Shown piece by piece: positions 11,173 to 25,624 of a stretch of DNA of 64,000 nucleotides (its first letter is position 1; each line of letters opens with the position of its first letter). A program made the translations under genes and the position numbers. The stretch is from the NCBI GenBank assembly GCA_021613535.1, contig CP075492.1:10540001-10604000 (forward strand), written 5' to 3'. The DNA is from Adineta vaga (Eukaryota; Animalia; Rotifera). The notes beneath the pieces are model-generated. The model was not told the DNA's origin and did not search any database. It saw nothing but the letters and a program-made list of their open reading frames with translations.

Positions 11173-12690
11173 GGCTATGATGTGTTTTTTTTCTTTTATA
11201 AAATCAAATGAAAAAAAAAAGATCGATCAGTCATCTCTATTGTATCGATGAGATGTCATGCGAAACGAACTTTCCATGGGACATACAAGCAGTAGAAGTA
11301 ACGCTCATCTTTTGGACAAGGGAATTACCTGTTATAGAGACGAAGAATCATTATCATTACTTATCTTTAATCATACTCTCATGCGATCAAGTGTAATTGC
11401 TACTCTAATCGTAACAATGTAAGTGAATGGAAACTCTCACTTATGTCCATAGGATATTTCCGTGTTAGTTATTTCGGATGAAGTGTTTCATATACGTTCA
11501 TCTAACTCAGTTGAAGTAAAAAAAATGACGTAACTTTCTTTTCTTATATTTCTATCCAATTTCCAATCAATTAATAAAACTTATGTGAATGAATGAATTC
11601 AAAGTATCTATCTATCTATCTATCATATAGTCAGCGCAGAAAGATGTCAGAATGATGTTTCGTTCATTTGACATATGATTAATTCAATTTTATTATTTCA
11701 TCTATGTACACAGTAAAAGTGAAAAAGAAATTAAATGAACCATTTAATCAAATGTCGATGTCACCAACCTTGACTTCTATTCTTCTTCTTCTTCTTCTTT
11801 ATTGCTTCTATAAATTTAATCATGCGACAACGATTAACTGATTGGCCGATCGCGGCATATCTATCAGAAAATATGAAACGTTCGTTTGTTTCTTTCTTTT
11901 CTTTGCATGTACAGATGTTCGTCTATTTCACTTTCAAAGTAAACCCATCGGCAATGTTTGTCTACATCATTCATTTTCTTCGAGAACATTAAATTACATT
12001 TCTATTCTAAATAATTATAGTGATAAATGAATGAAGCGTAATTCTGCACAGCTAAACTAAAATAGAACTTTTATCGTGCGAAGTAAATGTATATTTATTT
12101 CATTCAAGGTTTTCTTGTTTAATCTCTAGTTACAAACGGATGTTCTCATGGAGTGAAAGTCAATTAAAATAGAAAATGACACGAAACATGAAGATGATTA
12201 TAATATTTATCACCCGCACTTCAACACGCATATGTGTTTGTCTTTTAAATCTTTCTATTTCATAGTCGATCAAATTAAAGATAGTAACATTCATCCATTG
12301 AGCGATCTTCTCAGCAGTACTCGTTAAATTTTTTTTCTTTCTTTCCCTCTCTCTCTTTCTCTTTCTCTTTCTGTTCATCAACTGAACGCAAGAAGAGAAA
12401 GCGAATGGATGAACAAAATCGTCTGTCTTTCATTCTTTTTCCCATTTTTCTTTATTACTACAATTAAGTTTAGTTCTGTGAAATAGATAACCTGAAAATG
12501 TATGGTATAGACATTTAAACCGAAGTAACAAACAGGTGTCCGAAGATGACAATCAAATAACAAGATATCTTCATTTGGCTTACACAGACAACAGGTGGAT
12601 TGTATATGATATTTTCATTGCTTTTTAGATGTAAAATCATCATGAATAGATTCTTCTATGTATTAAACATCAAAATAATGACGATCATCA

Positions 12691-15600
12691 ATGATGATTT
12701 TCAATAGAATTGTTTATATAATACTGATGTGGATGACATTGGGTAAGTTCGACTAATAACAGGTGTAGTTTGTATCTTTTAGAAAGAGAAATTTTATTAA
12801 ATAAATTGCCTCTGGACATTTAAAGGAGGGAAAAAGGATCGTTTTTCAATTTCCGCATTAAGCATATGTATATGAAAAATAATGACAAGTTAATGGGGTT
12901 TTTTCTTCACACTGACCAGTCTATCAAGTGACTAATTCTTAGCTTGCGTCATGATTACACTTAAAGAAAAAAAGGTTCAAGTGCTTTTTGAGACAACAGA
13001 AAGTGAGAGAAAGAAGACTATGATATGTATCTAAAATGTTCATTGAAATTGAATTCTATGGAGATATTCTCTACTAAATAGGTTTGTCATCGACATGTTC
13101 GTTTTCGACATTATTTGATGGTATATGGATTCAACCCGGTTTAAATGATTTAGTAACGATCAATAAAACATGGTTTTCATCGAAAGGAATTTGTTTAAGT
13201 GGACAACAAGATGCGAAAAACAAATATATATACTACAATGAGTAGGTTATATCATCTCTTTGATGACATGAAGTTATTCTCAAATTTGTTTTCTAGACAG
13301 ACAAGATGTAAACGTTGTATACTTTTCATTCCAAGACATTCAAATGCATTGCAATATCGAGAAAGTAAGTTTTTTTTTCTACTACAAATACTCAAGAAGA
13401 AAAGAAAACATCAACTGATCATCATGTCATAATGTATATTAATTATCATCGATCACTATGTACAATGGCATATTCTATTCTCTACTGATGTTCTATGCAT
13501 ACATACATGCAATGTTTCATCTACAAACGATAGACATTAACTTCCGCTAGTGATAATTGAACGGGAATTTGATGTCTTAGACAATACGTCTCTCTTCTTC
13601 TTCTTCTTTTTTTGTTCCTATATTATCACTAATAATTTCTTTCATTCTAGGTGAATGCTTCGATGCCGATGATGATAATGGTCGCATCTGTACTTCCATT
13701 ACACCGGACACAGTATTATATACACTTTTCCGGAGTAAGAGAAAGAATGAAATGTGATTCCTTCGTTGAAAATCATATTCATTAGTAGAAAATGAGAATC
13801 CGTTAGTCTCCTAGGAAAAAGGTCTTATTCCCTAGTGAATGGACGAGACATTGACCGACATGAAATGCTCACTGACCTAAATAAATACAGGAAATGAATG
13901 TTGCTCCCGGCATCATTCAATCATTCTGTCCAAATAAAAGATTAAATTTTGACTGTTTTCTTTCGACATATAGACAATGCTGAATCAATTCCATGTCCAT
14001 TGAATGAATCATGGTATTTTCAAAAAGATCACCAACTATCATCATTCTGTCAACCAAAAGCATTTCATCATTGTCTTTCTACAGATACATTTCAATTATC
14101 CTATAACAATCGATGTCAATCGAAACAAGGTTTATCTTCATTATTCTTGATGTTCTGTTGTAATATTGTCTTATGAAATTCTATAGATATGATCAGTACA
14201 TGTTTTGCTCAATTTTCTGATGGTAATATGAATTATATTATATCTCGAAGTGTTCAATCACAAAAATTTATTTGTTTTGTAAGTTAAATTTCTACTTGAA
14301 ACATTTTTGTTAAATTGTTCAAAATTTAGTCTTATATTAAAACAAAATCTGCTGATGAACACGTTTTACCTAACGAAGTTTACCTATCTCAAGATGAAAC
14401 TTGTCGAGATTTATTTACACGAGAATCAGCTGTTATATTAAAAGTTATTTCAAGTAAATCATTCAAAATTTGAAATATAGATTAAAAAATCGAGGATTTT
14501 TAGATAAACACGTAGAATCTAAAGTTCAAATACCTCATTGGGCACAAGGAATGTGGTTATCTGTTGGAACTAATAGTGTTAACTCAAATCGATTCTACAT
14601 CAATCATACACAACTTCTTATGACAGTGGATGATGATCGAATGATAAAATACGATTTACAATTTGTAAAAGTTTTGTCAAATAGAAGAAAATATGGAATT
14701 AATATTCGTATACGAGCTAAATCCTTAGATCAATGGTAAATATCATCAATGAATGTTAAAATAAAACTTGATTTCTTTTTTTAGTTCATCAACATTTTAT
14801 TGTATTAAATTAATCTATCGTTCGGCGGCAGTAATTGATCTTGCTATAGGTATATTTCATTTTGAATGATCGATTGATTGATGTTGATCAAATAAAGTTT
14901 GCTTAGTTCTTTTTTGCGTGAGAATCATGATATATACATACATACATACTGAGACGATTAAATATTCTTTCAATGAAAACTATTGTAGATCGATGAGAAT
15001 TAGAGTCTATCATCAACTAATTTTAGTATACATATCATTGTAGGATTTGAACAACATCGATGTGAACAGAGTCATCTACACTATACTCTATTTAGTAAGT
15101 CATTTTATTATATCGATTTATGGTAGATGAATATATATTATTAGAATCAAATACGAAATCCAATATTTCCTGTCCACAAAATGGTATATATAATTCATTG
15201 AATACTTATCGATCTTCACTACCTGTCTCTACTTGTTCAACGGGTATTTGGACATTATCAATTGGCTGTGAAATTACTAATACAAGTGAATTAACATTAT
15301 CTTCAACTTGTCGTCATGAAATTGTACCTGATGTACAAGTTATTACATCAATCAATGGTATTTGTCTCGCTTCATGGCGTAGTGATCATCGATTTCAACG
15401 TACACTTGTTGTTTATGAAAAAACTAAAGCATTTTGTTTGGTAAATTTGAAGTTTAAACTTGTATTTTCACTTTTTCATTTATTTTTCTTGCAGATTCAG
15501 CCATTAAAATCAATGACAGCTAGTTGGATACTATCAGAATCGAGTTGTACAAATATTGATTTACTTTCAATTGATGTTGAAAATAGTTTTCGATATTTAT

Positions 15601-15725
15601 CTCATTGTCAAGAAAAGTCGCGTTTATTATTGTCATCTTCCACATCATTATCATTGCATAGAATATCTTATGTCTTGTTTTATTTAACTATGCAAGTACT
15701 AATACATGTAAATGTGATGAAATAA
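12691..15725 (+). CDS. Cys-rich secreted/cell-surface protein of an uncharacterised invertebrate family (DUF7042-7044-like)
   Basis: A signal-peptide exon is followed by CSFSTLFDGIWIQPG...KGIC...RHSNALQYRE...CTSITPDTVLYTLFR...SIPCP, then repeated CP..G/C.A.W units and a hydrophobic C-terminus (TM or GPI signal). About 11-12 exons; internal boundaries are approximate. Confidence 0.65.
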
Positions 15726-15854
15726 ATAAATAATAGACAAAATGAATTGCTATGGAATGTATTTTTAGTTATATTTGAATATAAGAAATCAGGACAGATA
15801 AGATACAGCAAAGAAAAAAGAAGAAGAAAAAAAATCGTCCGTTCATTTGAAGAA

Positions 15855-16928
15855 TTAATCTGAATCTTCATCTTCATCATTACCGCCATCACCATTCTGT
15901 TGCGTTTGTCGTGGTTTGTAATTCGAAAAAATCACTGAAAAATACAAGCAAATGAAAAGAACCTATATAGAATACATGATTTACCCTTTTCGTCTAATAA
16001 CGATCGAGTACTGGGATCATGTGGCAAGATCAAATGATAATTTATTATCTTTATTACGAAGTCGTTTGTCAGCACCTAAGAAATTAACGTTAAGAAAACG
16101 TTTTCGTTTCTCTTGTCCTTACCATTATCTAATAGAAGTTGAACAATATCAGCATGGTTCTTCCAACTAGCTACATGCAATGGCGTGTCGCCAACATTAT
16201 TCTAATTAGATAAAAAGCGCTTGGAAAAAAATATGAGATGAAAAATGAAGATATACCTTTTGATTGATAATTGATAATGAAAGTGGTAATAATAATTTCA
16301 CACATTCCATATCACCAGAATAACATGCCCAATGAAATGGTGTATTTCCTGCTTTGTCAAGACCAAGAACTGAAGCCTATAGAAATTAAATATTCTGAAA
16401 TCTAATTTTACCAAACTATCATTCATTCTTACTTTGTTTGCAAGTGATTCTTGAAGAAATTCGATATTTCCACGTTTCGCTGCGTCATGTAAAGCATTCA
16501 CAAGTTTCTCTGTACTTTCTTCAACTAAATCATAAAATCTCCTTGAAAAAAAGACATTTCATGGATCTTAGAAGCTTCTACCATAATTCTTTGGAATTAA
16601 GCCACCTGTACGATTTTTATTTGTCGTAGCCAAATACCAATCTTTATATTTAATATCATCAGTTACATAAAGAATTTCACCTTCTTCGAAAGATAATTCT
16701 TCTGGAGAACGAGCTAAATAACAAGAAAATCATCCAACAATTTCTTTTCCTATTCAAAACAGATCTTTCTCTCTCTCTCTTACCTGTATAACTATACAAA
16801 GCTTTCACTATCGATACATAACCAGGTTTCTGTAGAACAAATCAAACATTGCCTTTTTATTTTTAACTTTTTTGAAAACTTACAGCTGGTATCGGTGGCG
16901 GAACTCTTGTAGGTCCAATAACACTCAT
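15855..16928 (-). CDS. OSTF1: Osteoclast-stimulating factor 1 (SH3 + ankyrin repeats)
   Basis: Pro-rich N-terminus, SH3 ELSFEEGEILYV...GLIPKNY, ankyrin LHDAAKRGN and DKAGNTPFHWAC, and an acidic C-terminus DEDEDSD*. Confidence 0.92.
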
Positions 16929-17016
16929 CTAGAATAGTAATAATAACAATATCAGATTTATTTTCTCTACGGATCGAAAACATATCACAAGAAGAAAAAA
17001 AAAATGACAAGAACAC

Positions 17017-20000
17017 TCAAGAAACAATCAATGGTTGATGCATATCGAGATTATCAAACAATAACTGTCGTTTTGTTGTACTTCCACGGTTTGGATGTCT
17101 AAATAAATAAATATTTATAATATCAAATTTCTTTTTAACTATTTTCATTTTTACTTGTATAATAATTGAAATATTCCAGTACCAATACGAATTGGAATAC
17201 CCATAATGATACATTCTGATACTCCACAGATCGTATCTTTTTGTCCATGATAAGCAGCATCATATAAATGATCAATGGTACGTTCAAATGAAGCAAGCAT
17301 TAAAACACTTTCTTTCATTTTAGCTAAACCATTTCGAGTCATACCAAGAACTTCACCCTAAATGAACAAACAACAAGTAATGAAATATATCTCTGTCAAA
17401 ACTTACTTTATATGTCATTAAATCCGCTAGAAGCATTACATGTCGAACATCTAAACCAATACCATGTGATGCCATTGTATAAACAATTTCATTAATAATT
17501 GTTGTTCGTGCTGCTTCAATACCCAAACAACGATAGACTTCCATCGTATTATTTGATGTTGTTTCATTGGCATTAACACCTTGTGTACCCATCACATCTC
17601 TCATACCTTCACCTTCAACGAATAGTTTATGTATAGTTCCTTCTTTTTCATCAACTGTTATCACTGCCCGATCAACTGTTGATATACCTTTAACAACAAT
17701 ATTTGGTAATGTTTCTTTATAACGTTTCATTGTATAATACATATTGCCTTTCAATGTATCAGCTACTTCCAAATGTATCATATCCGCTCCAGCTAATGAT
17801 AATTGATTATATTTAACTTTTTTCATTTTTTTATCTTGCACAATAGAATCAATAATTGACATGGGATTTATTTCAAGTTTTAATAAACGTATACGATCAA
17901 GATCAAGTTTGATAGATAGATAACAAGCATCACTTTCATAAACTTCTTCGATATATTGCGAAACTTGACCGAGATAGGTTTTTTCTATACGACCTTTTAC
18001 TTTACGTGCAAAATCTTGATCTAATTCATTGTCTAATGCAGCTGTAATTAACGGAGTAGAAGGAGTTTTAACAGCATTAATAATTTCTTTAATACGTGGA
18101 ACACCAAGAGTAATATTCATAGAGGCAACACCAGCAAAATGAAAAGCTAAAAGAAATAAATACGAACAATAACATTTCAATCCATTTATTTCTCGGAAAT
18201 CCAGCGACATCAACGTAATTACTTCTCGTCTAGAATTGACTTTTTAATACTAACTTTTCAATGTCATTTGTGTTGCAGGTTCACCAATACTTTGTGCACA
18301 AAGTGCTCCAACAGCTGTTCCAGGTTCGAGTCGTGCTCGACCATATTTATATTTACATAATTGAAGAAATTCATAAAGTTGTGATTTTGTACATCGTTCA
18401 ACTTCATAAAGTACATTTGGAACAGCACGCGGTTTTTTATTTGAGCGACTTGTAACATTTGATACACGCTTTCGAGTCGTGCTTGATTTGACTTCTTGTT
18501 CTTGTTCTTTTTCTTCTTCTTCTACGATTTCCTCTTTGATATTCGATGTATCAATCTGGTATCGTTGTCGATATCGATCAATAACGATTGAAGTTTCTTG
18601 AATAAAATCGACTATTTGTTGTTTATATTCTTGTTCCATGATAGAATATTCCTCGTTAACAAGTTCTTGACAAACATAATTATTCATGTCCGTTCCATTC
18701 AATGGATATTCATTATCATAACGATATTTCGCTCGTACATGTTGATAAATTCGGTCATACTCAACTGGTTTATCTTTACCTTCAAGAAAGATCGGATCTA
18801 ATGAATCACCACCATAGGTAAATTGAACAATATCGTCAGTACTAGTTCGTATGGTCATATCATATTGGCAGCATAAATCTTCTAAACATTTGACTAAACG
18901 ACGTTGCATATAACCAGTTTCAGCTGTTTTGACAGCAGTATCAACCAGACCTATAACCATCATAGATATTGATTCATCTACTCATCTTATCGATTCATTT
19001 ACCTTCTCGACCACCCATTGTATGAAAGAAAAATTCCGTAGGTGTTAAACCAGAGTAAAAACTATTTTCCACGAAACCTTTTGCTGCTGGAATTTTAGCT
19101 AAAAGATAAATATTTCTCTCGAAAGAAATCAATATCATTAATAGAAGAAAACATACAATGTTTTTCAAAATGTGGTAATGAACGATCTTCAAATCCATTT
19201 GGTACTCGAGAGCCACTGATAGCTTGTTGACCGACACAAGCAACCATTTGAGAAATGTTGATATTCGATCCTGAACAGAAAAGAAAAAACAACGACAGCA
19301 GTTCAAAAGAATGAAATATCAGAGATTTTACCTTTAGATCCAGAAATAGCCATAATCAGTGGACTGTTACTTGAACGTTGTAATTCTTGTAAACATAATT
19401 TACCCGCTGATTCACGAACGTCAGAAAGTTCCTTCAAAATCAATGCCTAAGAAGAGAGTAAAATGACTTTATGTTCAAAAACTTATGAATTAACTTACTT
19501 CAAGTGTTTGTTCAGGAGAACAACCGGGTTGTAATTGAAGTTTACCTTCTTGTAATTGGCGAATATAATTATTACATTTACTATATCCTTCACTAACTAA
19601 TGAACGTTTTTCTTTCATTAAATTTTCACCAGGAGTAACATCAATTAAACCAATCGAAAAACCACGATTCACTAAAGAACGAAAAAATAAATGACTATTC
19701 TGAAGAAAACGAACATCAAAATTTATACTTAGATAGTAACTAGTCAAACGAGCTAGACGTGCCATTGCTAATGCAGCTGCTGCTTCCGAACAATCTCGTA
19801 AAAGCATATAGAATACATTTGTTTTTCCATTAGCACCTAAGACACTTTTATCAACACAACCGAGAAGAAGTCGACTGTTACGAATAATAATAACTTTAAG
19901 AGAAAAAAAAGACCAAGAAATTCGTTTATAAAAGATTATAATATTTAACTTACATCCATCATTGATACACAGATCTTCTCCTTTACCACAATACGCTTTG

Positions 20001-22630
20001 CCTTTTGTACGTAAATTAATAATATCTTTCGATGAGTTATTCAATCGAAGAATAACATTAAATAATTGTTTGCCTGACCATAACTGACAAGGCTAGAAGA
20101 AGAAGAAGAAGAAGACGAGGAATGTTTCATGAAAACGGAAGTATGAATTCGAATAAGGTATTTACTTTAAGTATAGTTGGTGGTGGTAAATCGATCTTTT
20201 CTAAGCCGTCTTTATTTGTAAGAATCCAAGTTAGTAATTGACAAGCTTTTGATCGATCAAAAAATACATCACGTTGAGTCAATAAATAAGCACCTAAGCA
20301 AAGAATTTTGTTTTCTTATACAATCATCATACACCGAATAATGTGTTGAATATTTTCTATTTGTATTATAAGCTGTGATTTCGTTACTCATATTTATTTT
20401 ATAAAGTAACATGGCGTCTTTTTTCAATCGAAAAATACTGATTTAGTTATTAGTTTCTTCTTAACTAGAGTAAAAAAAGGTTTTCTTCATACCAGTTAAA
20501 AAATCTTGCGTTGCACCAATGATCATTTCTCCATTACGTGGTGTCACCAGATTTGATTTTGTCTAAACAATCAACGTTTGTATAACTAGAAACAATGTCA
20601 TCAATATTACATACTCCCATTAAAATAAGTGCTTCAGCTTTGGCTTCTTCTGTTTGTGGTAAATGGAGATTCATTTCATCTCCATCGAAATCAGCATTGA
20701 ATGGTGAACAAATACATTCATTAAAACGAAATGTTCTATGAGGCATTACTCTTGCAAAGAGAGCCATTATGGAAAGACGATGTAATGACGGTTGTCGATT
20801 AAAAAGAACAACGTCACCATCAATTAAATGTCGTTCAACAATATCACCATACTAAAATGAAAAAGATTATTTATATACGTATGCAAAGAGAGTACTGTTG
20901 AAGAATTTTACACGTAATTTTGCAGCCATATCATTTCGATCTCCATATTTAAGAAATTTTTTATGATCATTTTTTGGATTAAGAATAAAATTGGCACCGG
21001 GATGAACATCGGGTCCATTACGAACAAGTTGACGTATGAATTCAATATTTGTTTTATTAACAAATTCCGGATAAGACATGATTTTTGCTACATGAATCGG
21101 TACTGCCACCTACAGCAATATTAAATTTGCAAAACTCGATGAAAAGATTATATTTTACCTCATCAATACGTAAATTTGGATCGGGAGAAATAACTGTTCG
21201 AGCACTGAAATCAACACGTTTACCTGATAAATTTCCTCGAAAACGACCTTGCTTGCCTTTTAATCGTTGTGCAAATGATCGTATCCATTTTTTTGGTTGC
21301 ATATGTGCTGGAATGCCCGATAGACTACTATTTATATAGAGTGCACATTGTAATTGAAGAAAATCCCATTGTTCAACAAGTTTATCCATTTTCACACCAT
21401 TTAATCGATTTCGTTGAATAACATCATTTAAGAATATAATTTCGCTTAGTTTGATCGTTAAATCGTCTTCATTTCTTTTCAGAAAAGAGATAAGAATAGA
21501 TGCGTAAAGAAATCAGTCGAAGTCACTTACGTTCCAGCACGAAAATCAGATTGTACAGTAGGTCGAATACAAATAGGTGGTACGAGGATTCTTGAGAGAA
21601 TAAAATCACGTGGATGGATGATAGATTCATCAATAAGAAGTAAAGGTAAATCCTATAAACACAAAAAAGAATTTCAATTTGAAATGAAAAACAAAGAATG
21701 TAACAGACCTCTGTTGGAATGCGTTCAAATAATTCCAATACACGAACAGGATTGAGTATTTCTGTATAAGAATTGACTAATGTTGATACTTCTGCATTTC
21801 CTTGTCGAGCAGAATGAAACATTTCATTGATATCATTCAATGCATTATGTTGCCGTTTTTGTGTACGAAATTTATCATGAGCAATTTTCAAAAGAGCACA
21901 TTTAAGAACAGCACCTAATGAATAACTTAAAACATATTTCTTGATCGAATGAAATCATTTCATCTTACCATTTAGTTCACCACAATACGGACAAATTGTT
22001 GATTTTTTGGCTTTCTCATGAACACGTTTTCTCAATGATTTCTTTTGAAGATAACTTAAAACGGGTCGACATAATTGCCGTTGAAATGTCTGTTTCATTT
22101 CTTTCTTTAACATTACACGTGAACATTTCTATACGCAAACTTCATCATTGACTAGATATCTTCAAATAAGTAAACAACAACATACTTTACAAATTGTTTG
22201 TAGAACAACAGTTATCGAACGAAAAAATCCAATATGGAATACAGGTAATTGAAGATCAATATAACCATAATGACCAAGACATTTAGTCACATCTTGATGA
22301 CAAGTTTCACATAAACGTTTACCACCACAAACACCCTACATGAAATGAAATGAGTTGAATGAATATGTAAGAAGACAAATTAGATGAATATTCCATTACT
22401 AATTTAGGATCAAGAACACCGAAAGGTGCTGGAGTACGTGCAGCATCTTGAGAGTATAAATTTTTACTAACAACATGAATATGTGCTTCTTTTTGCATTT
22501 CAAGTGATGAAAAAGGAGCAAATTGAATTTGATTTCTATGAAATAGAACATCTTAGAATTATCTCATAGAAAATTCACTTTCCTACATGACTTTTCCAGT
22601 CTTAACACTTCGATATTGTGTTTTGACCAT
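17017..22630 (-). CDS. POLR3A: RNA polymerase III largest subunit (RPC1)
   Basis: Motifs [45 protein letters not shown], catalytic [34 protein letters not shown] and [11 protein letters not shown]. No CTD heptads. Confidence 0.96.
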
Positions 22631-22822
22631 TTTGAAACCAAGATTATCTGTCTATCAATACTAGTAATATTTGATTTAAATATCTAAAAATAAAAACGAT
22701 CAAAATAATGATGCAACATTTCATTCATCTTACGAAATACAAGCAAAATATAAAATAGGACTATCAATCTAACTTTACTTATTATATCCCCATCACCAGA
22801 AATGAAAAAACATAATAGATAT

Positions 22823-23937
22823 TTATTTATAACCTAGAATTCCATCAAGATAGGAATCTGATCGATAGAATTGAATATTTTTAAAACCAATCTTCTCTAA
22901 CATTGCTTGATATTCAATACATGATCGTTCTCGTCCAGTTGTGGCAATAAGCATATTCAAATCTTGTATATTAACATCCAATGGACCTGTTTTATTATCA
23001 TCTAATAATTTTTCTGCAATTAAGACTGCGCCATTATTTTCTGGTAAAGTTTGATAAATTTTTGTTAGTAAATGTTCACATTGCTCATCAGTCCAATCAT
23101 GTAAAATTCGTCCAAGACCAAACAGATCGACATGAGGTAATGCATCGACAAAGAAGTCACCACTTTGAAAACGAATTCGAGAACGAATATCCGATGAAGT
23201 TTGATCAATACATCGATTTGTATGTTTTTCAATACGTGGAAGATCGAATATAATTGCTTGTAATTGTGAATTAACTTCACATGCTGATATAGCTAAACAT
23301 CCTGTTGCACCACCAAGATCACAAAGTGTTTTAAATTGTTTAAGATTATCGAAATATTTCACAATATTTGGAAAACTAGTTAAACCAAGTCCATGCATAC
23401 CACTAATAAATAATGTTTCTGCATTTTCATCTCGATAATGTGAATCAAATGTAAATATATCTCCTTTGCCTGTATTAAATGCATGTTGCCATTGTGGTTT
23501 ATTCTCACGTATAGCATCACCGAGTGTATTCCAAAGAAGATAAGATGATTGATTGTTATGATTGATATATCCATTTAATGTCGATGGACTCGTGGATACA
23601 AGATATTTTTCACTTAACTTTGTATTAGAATATTTCTTTGTTGTTTTATCGTGTTCAAGTAATTGAAGAGCTACACAAGCGTTAAGAAAACGTTCAAATG
23701 CTAATAGATGTGATAGATTGAGTTTTGTTGCGAGTTCAATTGATGTGAGTGATTGATTGACTAGATGATCAAATAATTTAAATTCAACAGCAGTAAATAA
23801 AACTTTTGAATGACGATATCCATCAATAAGTGAAGATATATAATTTGCATTGGTATTTTCAGAACTCTAAAATGACGTGCAAATTCACCATACAAAGAAA
23901 AAGTATAGCATACTTGTTTTGTTTCCCTTGAAGTCAT
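22823..23937 (-). CDS. SAM-dependent small-molecule O-methyltransferase (ASMT/HIOMT-like)
   Basis: Exon 1 MTSRETKQ (23914-23937), then a 47-nt intron, then an open frame containing LIDGYRHSKVLFTA, DLGGATG, GDFF, LGRILHDW and DLNMLIATTGRER. Confidence 0.88.
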
Positions 23938-24219
23938 ATCTTCAATCTATATCTGAAGAAGAGAAGAAATGGAAACTTTTTCAAAGGATAAATTAATAAA
24001 TGTCATTATTTTATTGAAAGAAAATTTCATCGAAGCGATTAGAAATAGTTTATCTTGTATGAAAAACTGCAGGGAATTAAAAAGTGGTTTTCTTAACAAC
24101 GACAACAAAAACAGGATCTTATCTTCCAAAACGATAAAAAAATTAGTACACTGTTAGGAAAAAGAGTGAGGATATGAGTATATACAAAGACAAACAAAGA
24201 ATGAAAATGAAAGAGATCA

Positions 24220-25385
<1,166 letters not shown>

Positions 25386-25624
25386 TTGAAAGTAGTTCAA
25401 TGATCATGAAGTTCTCTTTTTCCAAAATCTAAAACTATATTCATTTACAAAATAATTTACACTATAAAACAAATCTTTTTTTATTCTTGATCGAGAGATT
25501 CAAAATCATAGTTTTGATGTAAACTGTAATATGTATACGCTGAATCATAGCAAGAGGAAGAGAGAGAAGAACAAATAAATACAATATATGTTTGTATAAG
25601 AACGGGATAAAATAGAATGCTTCG

